The notes under the pieces: model-generated
Told to the model about the DNA's origin: nothing
The model's database searches: none
Seen by the model: the letters and a program-made list of their open reading frames with translations, nothing else
Position numbers and translations under genes: made by a program
From: Octopus sinensis
Lineage: Eukaryota
Assembly (NCBI RefSeq): GCF_006345805.1
Contig: NW_021835394.1
Location: 1-40,407, forward strand
DNA: 40,407 nucleotides
Reading direction: 5' to 3'
In this document: piece by piece, positions 10,801 to 22,627 of the stretch
How positions within the stretch are numbered: the stretch's first letter is position 1
Layout of the letters: every line of letters begins with the position of its first letter

Positions 10801-11602
10801 CACACAGCATATTGACACTGACAGGCATACCACTTGACACATCTAATCAAATGATTCACCAATGTTTACTTAAATTGTCGAACACATCTTTTATTGTTTA
10901 CATTATCAAAGTAACCAGCCACTTTTCTATCTCTCTTGCCAACACACCTCTCTATGACTGTGTGCATATGTCTATGTGTGTGTGTGTCTGTGTGTGCCTG
11001 TGTGTGCTGCTATATATATAGAGAGACACACATACAAACATATATATATATATACACATTGATACGTGTTTACATTACATATTACTCCCATGTCGATCTG
11101 TTTAAAGCTCTTTCTTATTCCTTGGTTGATGGAGCATGTCATGAGAAATACCGTAACTATTTGACGCTCATGTTTCGTTTAGCATATGAACAACGAAAGC
11201 GTTCCATGTATGACCATCCTGTTCTCCTCTTGTGTGGTTGTTTACGTATACGTAAATAAATACATTCTCGTATGTTGTTTTACTCACCTCCGCTTTGAAC
11301 CCGATAGAGTGTGATTTGTGAGCGGTTTTGTTGCTATTTCTAGCAATTGGTGAGAACATGTAGAGGGACTCTCGTAAGGCTACGTTGAGAAACTTCTATA
11401 AGTTTTGCTGATGGATTTTAGATATTCTAATGTCGTATGTTATGACTATTTATTTTAAATAAGATTACATCTCTGAATGCTGTTTCAAACGAAAAACAAT
11501 TTATATAGACACAACAAAACACACACGCTTATTCATGTTTGCATGTAATTATGTATGCGAGTATGTATGTATGTATGTATGTTTGCGTGTATATACAGAT
11601 GC

Positions 11603-11641
<39 letters not shown>

Positions 11642-11774
11642 GATAATATTGCATCTGTGTATGTGTGTATAAGGCAAAGGCGGAGATGAAACTGGCAGAA
11701 AACTTTTCGTAAAGCAGAAACAAACTTTAGTCCTCTCAAAGAAACTGATGGATCTGTTGGTGTTTGTATGTATG

Positions 11775-11839
11775 TACACACACACACAAACACACACACA
11801 CACAAACACACACACAAACACACACACACACACACAACA

Positions 11840-11880
<41 letters not shown>

Positions 11881-11911
11881 CGCACACACACAAACACACA
11901 CACACACGCAC
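11775..11911. repeat. (CA)n microsatellite
   Basis: Direct inspection. Confidence 0.95.
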
Positions 11912-11934
11912 AAGTTTGTTCCTAACCACCTCTT

Positions 11935-12112
11935 GACGATCAATTTTCGGTTTGTTTATGTCTTCGTAACTTAACTGTACGGTAAAACAGACCGATCAGA
12001 TAACAACCTGACTTAAAAAATAGATAAGTAATGTTATCGATTTTCTCAACCAAACCTTTCAATGCGGTGCCCCAGCATGGTCGTAGATCAATGACTGAAA
12101 CAAATATAAGAT
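11935..12112 (+). mobile_element. SINE family A, 3' half
   Basis: cgtaacttaactgtacggtaaaacagaccgat...gcggtgccccagcatggtcgtagatcaatgactgaaacaaat. Confidence 0.85.
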
Positions 12113-12187
12113 CTAACACACATACATACATACATACATACGTACATACATACATACATACATACATACGTACATACGTACATACAT

Positions 12188-12598
12188 ACAGGAGTGACTG
12201 TGTGGTAAGAAACTTGCTTACGAACTACATGGTTCCGGGTTCTGTCCCACTGCGTGGCACCTTGGGCAAGTGTCTGCTACTATAGTAACGGGCCAACCAA
12301 AGCCTTGTGAGTGGTTTTGGTAGACGGAAACTGAAAGAAGACCGTCGTATATATGTATATGTATAAACATGTGCATGTATGTGTATATGTTTGTGTGTTT
12401 GTGTTTGTCCCCCCAACATCGCTTGACAACCGATGCTGGCGTGTTTACGCCCCCGTAGTTTAGCGGTTCGGCAAAAGAGACCGATAGAATAAGTACTAGG
12501 CTTTACAAAGAATAAGTCCTGGGGTCGATCTGCTCGACTAAAGGCGGTGCTCTAGCATGGCCACAGTCACATGACTGAAACAAGTAAAAGAGTAAAAT
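12188..12598 (+). mobile_element. SINE family A, full-length, inside an (ACAT)n array
   Basis: A-box tgactgtgtgg, B-box ggttctgtccc, CORE-like ggcaccttgggcaagtgtct, internal (TA/TG)n, tail cagtcacatgactgaaacaagtaaaagagtaaaa. (ACAT)n on both sides. Confidence 0.95.
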
Positions 12599-13374
12599 AT
12601 ATACATACATACATACATACATACATACATACATACATACATACATACATACATACATACACACGCTTACACACTTCCACAATTCGAATGCTCATAGAAT
12701 TTGCTGGTGCTGGAAATAAACTTAAATATTTGTTTACAAATATTACCTGTAAATTCTTGCTACCATGTGCTTCGATATGGTGGATGTTGTTATTTGCGTT
12801 GCTCTTATTGCGGATGCTAGCCTTCGATTATTATTTTTTTTTTGCTTCTTTTATATTTTTCATGTCCTGTTTTTTTCTTTTCTTATCGGTCATTTTACAT
12901 CATTCTAGACTCTTGGTATAAACAACGATATTTCTTTTTTAGCTCATCATAATGCAACCAAAACAGCAAACCGCATAAAAATATTTGATTTATTCGATTA
13001 TTTTTTTTTCTCTTAGCCGTCATTCAACTTCTCCTCTTCTCACATATCAATTATCCATTGATCAATTATCGATCCTCAATTATCAATTAACAGTTCCCTC
13101 TTGCAGCAGGTACCGGAACAAGTTGTTGATGTACAAATATAGAAGACAACTTGAGAGAGTCTAAACATTTTCTATTTTCTTCTACTTTTCTTCCTCTTCG
13201 TCTTCTTTCTTTCTCACCCTTCTCCTCTCTTTCGTCAACCCCCCACCTCTCTCTCTCCGCTTACATTCCTCTCACTTTCTATTGTTATTTTCTTTGTTGT
13301 CATTATGCCTGGTGTTGATTTTCTTTCGGAGTTATTTCATTCATTGGAAACATACATACAACCATACATACATC

Positions 13375-13552
13375 CATTATATATATATGTATGTATGTAT
13401 GTACGTACGTATATAATATATATATATGTATATATATGTATATATATATTTATATATGCACACACATACAAACATATATGTGTATATATTTATATATATA
13501 TATATACACACATACAAGCATATGTGTGTATGTATATATATACACTCACACA

Positions 13553-13592
<40 letters not shown>

Positions 13593-13712
13593 CCACGAAA
13601 CATATATGTGTATATACATGTGCATGCAAATGTATATGTATGTGTGTGTGTCTGTGTGTATATATACATACGTATACACACATATATACCCCCACACCCA
13701 CACACACATTCT
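13375..13712. repeat. (TA)n/(CA)n/(TG)n compound microsatellite
   Basis: Direct inspection. Confidence 0.92.
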
Positions 13713-13941
13713 CGCACGCACTCTCTTCTATTATAACATGGGTGGTCTGTAGAAATAACGCCGTTTCTAACTTTTCCTTACTACCTACATGATATTTCCC
13801 CACCATCCCCGGCTATCTTCTTTCTTTTCTCCCTTACACTCTCTTCACGTATTTCTTCCCTTTTTCATTGTTGTGTTAAATTGCTTTTCTTCTAGCATAC
13901 TGTTCCCTTTTTGGACTATTTTGTCAATTTATTTTGATAAA

Positions 13942-14315
13942 AGGCAGACGGAGTGGCTGTGTGGTAAGTAGCTTGCTAACCAACCACACGGTTGCGGGTT
14001 CAGTCCCACTGCGTGGCATCTTGGGCAAGTGTCTTCTGCTATAGCCCCGGGCCGACCAATGCCTTGTGAGTGGATTTGGTAGACGGAAACTGAAAGAAGC
14101 CTGCCGTATATATGTATATATATATGTATGCGTGTGTTTGTGTGTCTGTGTTTGTCCCCCTAGCATTGCTTGACAACCGATGCTGGTGTATTTAGGTCCC
14201 CGTCACCTAGCGGTTCGGCAAAAAGAGACCGATAGAATAAGTACTAAAAGGTGGTGCTCCAGCATGGCCGCAGTCAAATGACTGAAACAAGTAAAAGAGT
14301 AAAAGAGTAAAAGAG
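13942..14315 (+). mobile_element. SINE family A, full-length with a small internal deletion near the 3' end
   Basis: A-box tggctgtgtgg, B-box ggttcagtccc, (GTAAAAGA)3 tail. Lacks the ggcttacaaagaataagtcctggggtcgat segment seen in the other copies. Confidence 0.95.
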
Positions 14316-14704
14316 AGAGACAAATATATATATATATATGTGCTTGTGTGTTGTGTGTGTGTGTGTGTGTGATGTGTAGGAGCGTACTTGCATGCGTATA
14401 TAAAGATATATATACGTGTTGTATGAGTGTACGTGTTTTGTATCTATGGATTTAACAATAATGTAAATTTATTTATTAGTAGTAAATAGTAAGTAACAAC
14501 CAATATATTTTGCGTTAAATAATTTTAATTACTTTAATATTCTTCATCATTTTTAATCCATGCCACTTTTCTTTCTTTTTCCTTCTTTTTCTTCCTTTCT
14601 TTCTTTCTTTCTTTCCATCTCACCATGTTTTCATCTGAGTCAGTGTTTTCGTTTTGTTATCCTTTCGGATAGCAGTAATCGGTAATAAAGTAACTAACTC
14701 CAAG

Positions 14705-14840
14705 GAGTACTATACATACTTATATACATACATGCATACATACATACATACATACATACATACATACATACATACATACATGCATACATACATACATACA
14801 TACATACATACATACATACATGCATACATACATGCATGTA
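14705..14840. repeat. (ACAT)n microsatellite
   Basis: Direct inspection. Confidence 0.95.
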
Positions 14841-14914
14841 CACAACTGACACCCTCAATTCTCCAGCCCAAATTTTAGAGCAGCCTTGTGACTATACAGG
14901 ACACTACCGTCAGT

Positions 14915-15405
14915 GGAATTTGAACTTTACGTTTCGAGTCAAAATCTCGCTTAATTTAACTTTGTCATTCATCCTTTCGAGGTCGATAAATTGAGTACCA
15001 TTTGTATAATGGAGACGATGTAAGGGGCGATGTAATCGACTATCCCACTCTCCTAAAACTGCTGATCTTAGAACTAACTTAATGCTTCGGAACAGGTGAA
15101 TCGGTGTGTGTAGGAACAATCATGTTGCGTGTTTTGCGGGTCCCTCCGCGTTGATTTCAAATCCAGCTGAAACCAAATGACCGTGCGTTAGTTTCGAGGC
15201 AGATAAAGTAAAATAACATTCCAGGGCGATAGATTAGTGAAATTGTTTGAACGCCGAACGAGTTGGCATGTTGTATTCGTTTCGACTCTGATATACGGAG
15301 ATCAAATCTTGCTAAGATCAAACTCATTCTTTTTCTATTTTTCTTTATCTTTCCTCTTTTCGTGACAGATAAAATTAATCACTGGGTCAAGGCAACGGAT
15401 TAGCA
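14915..15405 (+). mobile_element. Three tandem degenerate family B SINE fragments
   Basis: ttcatcctttcgaggtcgataaattgagtacca (14967-15000); gatttcaaatcc...gataaagtaaaata (15153-15215); gagatcaaatctt...gataaaattaatcactggg (15298-15386). Confidence 0.65.
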
Positions 15406-15559
15406 CCGACTTTTAATGATGTCTTCTAGTATTTGTTCATGATTTAAAAAAAAAAATTTGTATGATATGCATATTCCACCGCTTGATTTAAAACTATTAT
15501 TTAATTCTTTCAAGGAGTTCGATTATTACTGTCTCTTTTTGATCTCCATCTATTTTGGT

Positions 15560-15979
15560 ATACACACACACACACACACACACCCCCACCACACACCCAC
15601 CACACACACACACACGCACACACACACACACGACACACACACCACACACACACACGCACACACACACACTCACACACACACACACACACATATTTGTTTG
15701 GTTAGTAGCATGCACGAAACTATCGGCTCTCGAGTCAGTTTTTAACTTTCTACTAAGAAAAGAAAGTTAAGAATACTCATGTATTGAGTTTCATTTCTCT
15801 TGTTGGTTCTACTAAATGTGTGTGTGTGTGTGTGTGTGCGTGCGTGTGTGTGTGTGTGTGTTTGTGTGTTTGTGTGTGTGTTTGTGTGTATCCCACTGGC
15901 CTTTTAATCTGGAGATTCCAGGACGTGTCGCTGGTTCATTACATACATTCACACATACATACATACATACATACATACA

Positions 15980-16010
<31 letters not shown>
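15560..16010. repeat. (CA)n, then complementary (TG)n, then (ACAT)n arrays
   Basis: (CA)n 15561-15690, (TG)n 15816-15888, (ACAT)n 15952-16008. Confidence 0.95.
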
Positions 16011-16012
<2 letters not shown>

Positions 16013-16157
16013 TGGGAGAGTGTATGCATAGTGTTGAAGGGTGTGCCCCAGCATAGGCGTATGTCCACAATTCCATAACTAAAACTAACAGTAACAGCTA
16101 TGTTTCCACATTTTCAATATTTTCTTTTTACAGTTTCTTCTTCACTGCCAAACATTC

Positions 16158-16194
<37 letters not shown>

Positions 16195-16852
16195 GTTTAC
16201 TTCGGTTAAGAGTAACATGATAACTTTTGTCCTATTGTTAAATAGGACAGACAGAGACATAGATAGAGAGACATTAACGTTATATATATATTATATATAT
16301 ATATATATAATATATATATTATATATATATATATAATATATATAAAAACAATAAATAAATAGGCAGATACACAGACATAAATTTCAAAGTTTTAAATTTC
16401 TACAAAATACAAATTTCCTTTCAGAAAAAAATAAGGGAGAAAAATATTAAAATACAATTCAAAAGAAAAAAAAAAAATATATAGAGCAACTATATCTGTT
16501 GGTTGACAGATGTAAACAAATAAATAAATGAGTAAATGAACTGATAAAAATTGGTGGGTGGCTTATGAATAAGAAGTGAAAAGGTGTAATAGAAGTTGAT
16601 GCCATACCTGTAAAGTGGTTGTTGTAAGTATTGTTGCTTGCGCTTGGCTGCATGTTTGAGAACTTCTTTCAACAGATTATATAGTTTGAACGGTTGTCGC
16701 TATAGTAATTATTATATACAACAGTGATCTATATACAGACAGCGTGGAGTTGAGAGAATAAGAGAGTAAGGAGAGAAGAAGAGGAAGAGAAAGAGAGAAA
16801 GAAAGTCTGAGTGACTGTAAAAAGAGAGAGAGTGAGTGTGCGTGGGTTTGTA

Positions 16853-16886
<34 letters not shown>

Positions 16887-17034
16887 TGGGGGGGATCTGT
16901 GTGCCTGTGTGGTCTATACAAATACGATCTAACTAAAAGACTAAGAGACAGACACAACAAATACACAGAAAGACAGAGAGATAGAAAGAAAGAAAGAGAG
17001 AGAGAGAGAGACAGGCCGACAGGCGAAAGAGAGA

Positions 17035-17036
<2 letters not shown>

Positions 17037-17104
<68 letters not shown>
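17037..17104. repeat. Uninterrupted (GT)34 microsatellite
   Basis: 68 bp of pure GT. Confidence 0.97.
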
Positions 17105-17107
<3 letters not shown>

Positions 17108-17973
17108 ATTTTATGAGTAACTGTGTGTAAATGTTTGTGTGTTTATGATTGTGTAGATAAAATAAGCATCGAAATAAAAGACCGCGAGGCTGGGGAGGAG
17201 AGACAGGAGGAATGGAGAGAGTGATAGATACAGAATCGGAGAGATACAGAGAGTGTGAGAGAGGGAGAAATATTATGAGAGAGAGAGAGAGGGGGCGAGA
17301 GAGTATGTGTGTGTGAGAAGGAGAATGTGTGTGTGTGTCTGTATGTTGTCTATTTAATGTTTGTAGTCTTTTCTACAACTCTGGATAAAATAACCTCCTC
17401 ACACACACACATACATACACATGCACATACACAAGCACATCATATACAAATAAAAAAGCACCAAACACACACACACACATACACATACGCAATCTCTTCT
17501 TTCTTGGCCACATCTACACACATATACATCTATTTCCCTATGTTTAGTGTACTCTCTCTCTCCTCTCACTCTTTCTCTCTCACGCACAGAGACAAACAAA
17601 CACACATATATATATATACATATACACAATATCAACGTACGTACATTCAAACGCAGAGATATCGTCTGCTCCTAAGTCCTCTGCCTTATTTTGCCCCCTG
17701 CATGCTTGCGCGGCTTCGCACCAGAACACTCGCGCACATTCATATACGTTTCTTTCTTTCATCCTCTCCAGCTTTCTCTCTCTTTCGCAGTCCATCTATT
17801 CCTACTCTTTCTCTACACACTCACAGGCACTAAGTATTCTCTTTCACTCCCTTTCTCTCTTTCTCTCTCTCACTCTCACGCGCGCTCCCACAAACATCAT
17901 TTTCAGGCTGGTCTTGTTGATTTCTTAACACACGCACACACAGCAACAAAGCTGTAAGTGTGAATAGAAAAAC

Positions 17974-17974
<1 letters not shown>

Positions 17975-18011
<37 letters not shown>

Positions 18012-18057
18012 TATATGTATGTGTGTGTACATATATATATATATATATATATAATAT

Positions 18058-18090
<33 letters not shown>

Positions 18091-18220
18091 GTATATTATA
18101 TATATATTATATATATATATATATATATATCCATATATATACTTATATATACATACGCACGCATATGTATATATACGCATGTATATGTAGGTGTATAAGC
18201 ACGTATGTCCATATATATAC

Positions 18221-18278
<58 letters not shown>

Positions 18279-18321
18279 TATATGCATATATATATATGCA
18301 TATATATATACATATATAAAC

Positions 18322-18375
<54 letters not shown>

Positions 18376-18403
18376 ATATATATATACATAATTATATTCA
18401 TAC

Positions 18404-18454
<51 letters not shown>

Positions 18455-18635
18455 ACATATATACATATATATATACATATATATACATTATACATATATG
18501 TACATATGTACATATATACATATATGTACATTTATACATATATGTACATATATACATATATATATATATACATATATATATACATATATATACTATATAC
18601 ATCTATACATACAAAAACACGCACACACACACACA

Positions 18636-18684
<49 letters not shown>

Positions 18685-18722
18685 ATATATACATATATAT
18701 ACATATATATATACATATATAC
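17975..18722. repeat. ~750-bp (TA)n-dominated array ending in (CA)n/(TA)n
   Basis: Direct inspection. It is the source of the longest spurious ORFs. Confidence 0.97.
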
Positions 18723-19468
18723 AGTAACCCGGGCATTGATATGAGCAATGATGCATCTTTCCAAGTACATATTACCAATTTGGTAAGAAAATGCAGACAG
18801 CTGGATGTATCCTCCGATCTTTCAAAACAAGAGAAAAGGAGACATTGATGATCCTTCGTGGACATACGTTGGACTATTGCTCCCAACTATGGTCACCGAA
18901 CAATGAAAAATCCACGGAGGAACTCGAAGCAATCCAACGAAGCTACACTAAGAAAATTGTCTCGATGCAACATGTCAGCTACTGGGAAAGACTGAAAGAA
19001 TTAAAACTCTTCTCCCTGCAACGAAGGCAGGAGAGATATGCAGTGATATACATATGGGAATTCCTAGAAGGCCTTGTATCAAACTTTGGCATTAAAAGTT
19101 ATTCAAGCTGCTAAACGGCGCGCCACTGCATAGTGCCAAGGATCCCAGCATCACCATCAAAATAGAGGACCTGATACTGCAACAACTTGGGCTTCAAGGG
19201 CCCACAGCTCTATAGTATGCTTCCAAAATGCCTGATAGATCTGCATTTTGTGGATGAAAGAGTCTTTAAAACAAAAATTGGATCTCTTCCTGTTAAGGGT
19301 TCCAGACCAGCCTATCTCACAGCGGAAAACAGAGAATAGGGCAGCAGCATTAAACTCCCTCATAGACCAAATGCCACATATTAGAGAAGATTCCAAATAT
19401 TAGTGTGGCTCAGTCAATGGTGGTGCTCCGGCATGACCGGAGCTTTGCAGCTGAAACTAGATAAAATA
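18723..19468 (+). mobile_element. 5'-truncated CR1-group LINE (end of RT, C-terminal domain and 3' UTR), pseudogenised
   Basis: Conceptual translation [117 protein letters not shown] matches the CR1-type LEY..WSP / LE.VQR..TK / Y.ERLK.L.L.SL..RR / FK..LD pattern. Contains frameshifts and stops. Confidence 0.92.
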
Positions 19469-19469
19469 T

Positions 19470-19822
19470 AAATATACATATATATACACATATATATATG
19501 CACACATATATACATATATATACATATACACATATATACACACATGTATATACATATATATGTATACATATACACATATATACACACATGTATATATACA
19601 TATATATATACATACATACATAGATGGATATATGAATACATATATATATCTATATATATATACATATATATACATATATGCATATATATATATACACATA
19701 TATATTTATGTATATATATATATGGTATGTATTCATATATACAACCATATACTTGCACATATACATATCTATATGCCTACATGTACATATGTATATAAAT
19801 ATATATTTCTATGAGTATATAT
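19470..19822. repeat. (TA)n/(TACA)n array
   Basis: Direct inspection. Confidence 0.93.
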
Positions 19823-19904
19823 TTATTACAGATAGTTTTTATTAATACGTGCGGAGAAACTCAACATGACAACCAATTCTTTTGAACTGTATATGAAATA
19901 TTAC

Positions 19905-20190
19905 GGTCGAACATATATAGCTTTGTGAGTAGATTTTGATAGACAGAACATGAAAGAAGCCCGTCATATATATATATATATATATACGTGTGTGTGTGTG
20001 TGTGTGTGTTTGGTTTCCGCTATCACAGCTTAACAACCGGTGTTGGTGTGTTTACTTCTATCGGCAAAGTGACCGATAGCATAAAAAAGGAAGTAAGTCC
20101 TAAGGTTTATTTGTTCGACAAAACTCCTTCAAGTGGATCTCCAGCATGACCGCTGTTAAATGACTGCAACAAATAAAAGAATAAAAGAAT
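19905..20190 (+). mobile_element. SINE family A, 5'-truncated degenerate
   Basis: tttgtgagtagattttgatagacagaacatgaaagaagcccgtc-(TA)(TG)-...ccagcatgaccgctgttaaatgactgcaacaaataaaagaataaaagaat. Confidence 0.88.
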
Positions 20191-20337
20191 ATATATATAT
20201 ATATTTAATCCTGCAATATAGATGCATAGGCTGTAATATCCATATTGTATATCAACGATATAACACTTTCGGCTCGTTCAATAATATATTTTCTTACAAG
20301 TGTTCCCAGTATCTACACAAGCAATTGTAATATTGAT

Positions 20338-20555
20338 TAAAAATTTTGCCACAAGGCCAGCAGGGGATGGTCTAAGTGGATTGCATCGATCCAGTGGATC
20401 GATCTAGTACCCAAATGGTACTTACCCTATCGACCACGGAAGGATAAAAGGCAAAATCGACCTCTTCGGAATTTGAACTCAGAACTTAAAGACGGTCGAA
20501 CTGCCGCAAAGCATTTTGCCCGGCGTGCTAACGGTTCTGCCAGCTCGCCGTCTTA
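20338..20555 (-). mobile_element. SINE family B, full-length (Meta/MESC-like central domain)
   Basis: Minus strand: ggcgagctggcagaaccgttagcacgccgg (A-box), gagttcaaattcc (B-box), gccttttatccttccgtggtcgatagggtaagtacca. Flanked by caattgtaa(t/a)att. Confidence 0.92.
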
Positions 20556-20573
20556 CGAACAATTGTAAAATTA

Positions 20574-20947
20574 GTGGCACTCCGTCGGTTAGGACGACGA
20601 GTGTTCCAGTTGATCCGAACAACGGAACAGCCTCCTCATGAAATTAACGTGCAAGTGGTTGACAACTCCACAGACACGTGTATCCTTAACGTAGTTCTCG
20701 GGGAGATTCAGTGTGATAAAGAGCGTCACAAGGCTGGCCCTTCGAAATACGGGTACAATAGAAACAGGAAGAAAAAGTGAGAGAAAGTTGTGGTGAAAGA
20801 GAACAGCATGGTTCGCTATCACACCCTGCCGGAGCCTCTTGGAGGTTTAGGTATTTTCACTTAATAAACACTCACAACGCTTGGCTGGGAATCGAAACTG
20901 CGACCGCGTGTCCACTTCCCTAACCTCTAGTCCATTGCGCAGCTACT
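20574..20947 (-). mobile_element. tRNA-derived SINE family D, full-length
   Basis: Minus strand: gcgcaatggactagaggttaggg (A-box-like), gtttcgattccc (B-box), 3' end accgacggagtgccac. TSD aattgtaa(a/t)atta at 20561-20573 and 20948-20960. Internal part recurs inverted at 24008-24046. Confidence 0.85.
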
Positions 20948-20964
20948 AATTGTAATATTAAATC

Positions 20965-21130
20965 CATTAGTGGTATTTCGTCCGTTGTTACGTTCTGGTT
21001 CCTAACTCTTAGACGTTGCCTTTCATCATTGAAAGGTCGATAAAATAGCTACCAGACGAGCAATGGAGGTCGATGTAATTGACTTACCCACAGCTTCAAA
21101 ATTGCTGGCCATGTGGCAAAATCTGAAACC
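20965..21130 (+). mobile_element. SINE family B, 5'-truncated
   Basis: ttagtggtatttcgtccgttgttacgttctg...gcctttcatcattgaaaggtcgataaaatagctaccag...aaaattgctggccatgtggcaaaatctgaaacc. Confidence 0.85.
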
Positions 21131-21206
21131 TTTTTTGAATCTAAAATTTATACAGACTCACGTATAAACATGCTATACACTCACACATATTCATATATAT
21201 CTTGTT

Positions 21207-21602
21207 GGCGCAGGAGTGACTGTGTGGTATGCAGCTTGCTTACCAACCACATGGTTCCGGGTTCAGTCCCACTGCGTGGAACTTTGGGCAAGTGTCTTCT
21301 ACTATAGCCTCAAGCCGACCAAAGTCTTGTGAGTGGATTTGTAGACGGAAACTGAAAGAAGCCCGTCATATATATGTTTATGTATATGCATGAATGTGTA
21401 TATGTTTGTGTGTCTGTGTTTGTCTTCCTAACATCGCTTGACAACCGACGGTGGTGTTTACGTTCCCGTAACTTAGCGGTTCGGAAAAAAAGACCGATAG
21501 AATAAGTACTAGTCTTACAAAGAATAAGTCATGGGGTCGATTTGCTCGACTAAAGGCCATGCTTCAGCATGGCAACAGTCAAATGAATGAAACAAGTAGA
21601 AG
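21207..21602 (+). mobile_element. SINE family A, full-length
   Basis: ggcgcaggagtgactgtgtggta...ggttcagtcccactgcgtgg...cagtcaaatgaatgaaacaagtagaag. Confidence 0.95.
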
Positions 21603-22105
21603 TTCTATTAAACAATGTTACTTTGGTTTAATATTTATGATTTTATATTCTTCAAAGTCCATGGTACTTATAAATTATTGGAATTGATATGTATTTTTAA
21701 AAGCATATTATGAAAGAAATCTATATAAATTCAATGAAACAATTTTCTTTATCGTATATTTGCAATAAACATTACATTATCAATAATATTAATATTGTTT
21801 AACGATCAATTATTTAAAGTTGTACCATATAAATTTTCTCCCTTATAACGTAGTGTCACAATGCTATCGTGACTTAGCATTTGACTATTAGTATTGATAC
21901 GATAGGACATATTGGATATATTATTAACAAAGGAAAAGAGTTAAATTCATCATGATAACTTAAGAGGTAATTCACGGAATCTCTTACCAGTAATATGAGA
22001 CAATGAGTGAAATTAATATAAATCTTTTGTAAGATGAGTTCAGAAAATCCAGGGAAGATGTCGAACGTATGAATTGAAAGATGAGCAACTAGAAAGTGGT
22101 AAGCC

Positions 22106-22308
22106 TACGAGGGGTGCTGAAAAATTCCTGGCTTTGTGTAAAAGAAAATAAAGGAGGATTATTTAATTATGATTTTGTTCAACAAATTCCCATCTCAGAT
22201 TCCCACACTTATTGTAACGGTCTTTCAGTTTTTCTTAGCCCTATAGAACTTGGAACGTTGGACCTCCAGCCAGGCCTTCCGCCATGAACTTTCAAGCACC
22301 CTCTTGTA
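22106..22308. mobile_element. Mariner-derived MITE
   Basis: TA-flanked imperfect TIRs TA-cgaggggtgctgaaaaattc ... gaactttcaagcaccctcttg-TA (Hsmar2/irritans-like start). Removing it restores the Dong reading frame. Confidence 0.85.
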
Positions 22309-22627
22309 AATAGATTGAAGGGGTATTGGGTAAAAAAATTTAGAGGATGTCACAAAAAGGTAAGGGGACAATTATGTACCTTATTTGAAGAATATACATA
22401 AATCCCAAAGGTAAAAAATTATTGTAATAAAAAGGAGTATTAAGGACAGATGCTGTTGATAACATCAGGCCAATATATTGTCCGCCCATCATGTGGAACC
22501 TACGAGCCAGAATACTAGCTGATGCAGTATGTACGAGTTCCAGGGCCAGGATAACATCTTAACAGAATAGTAAAAAGTTGCAAACGTTGATGCAAGTTAA
22601 TTATTCGTAGATAAGACAATGCTAAAA

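Noticed and set aside
12188-12270. tRNA genes at A/B-box sites (also 6200-6271, 20480-20555, 35150-35222)
   Set aside because: They are SINE heads followed by SINE bodies. No complete cloverleaf is evident.
18015-18848. Longest ORF (277 aa) and the many other YIYI/HTHT/CVCV ORFs
   Set aside because: They are translations of (TA)n/(CA)n arrays that lack stops by composition. Only the last ~40 codons touch the CR1 relic.
18791-19114. 107-aa ORF as a host gene
   Set aside because: It is an internal piece of a frameshifted, stop-containing CR1-group LINE.
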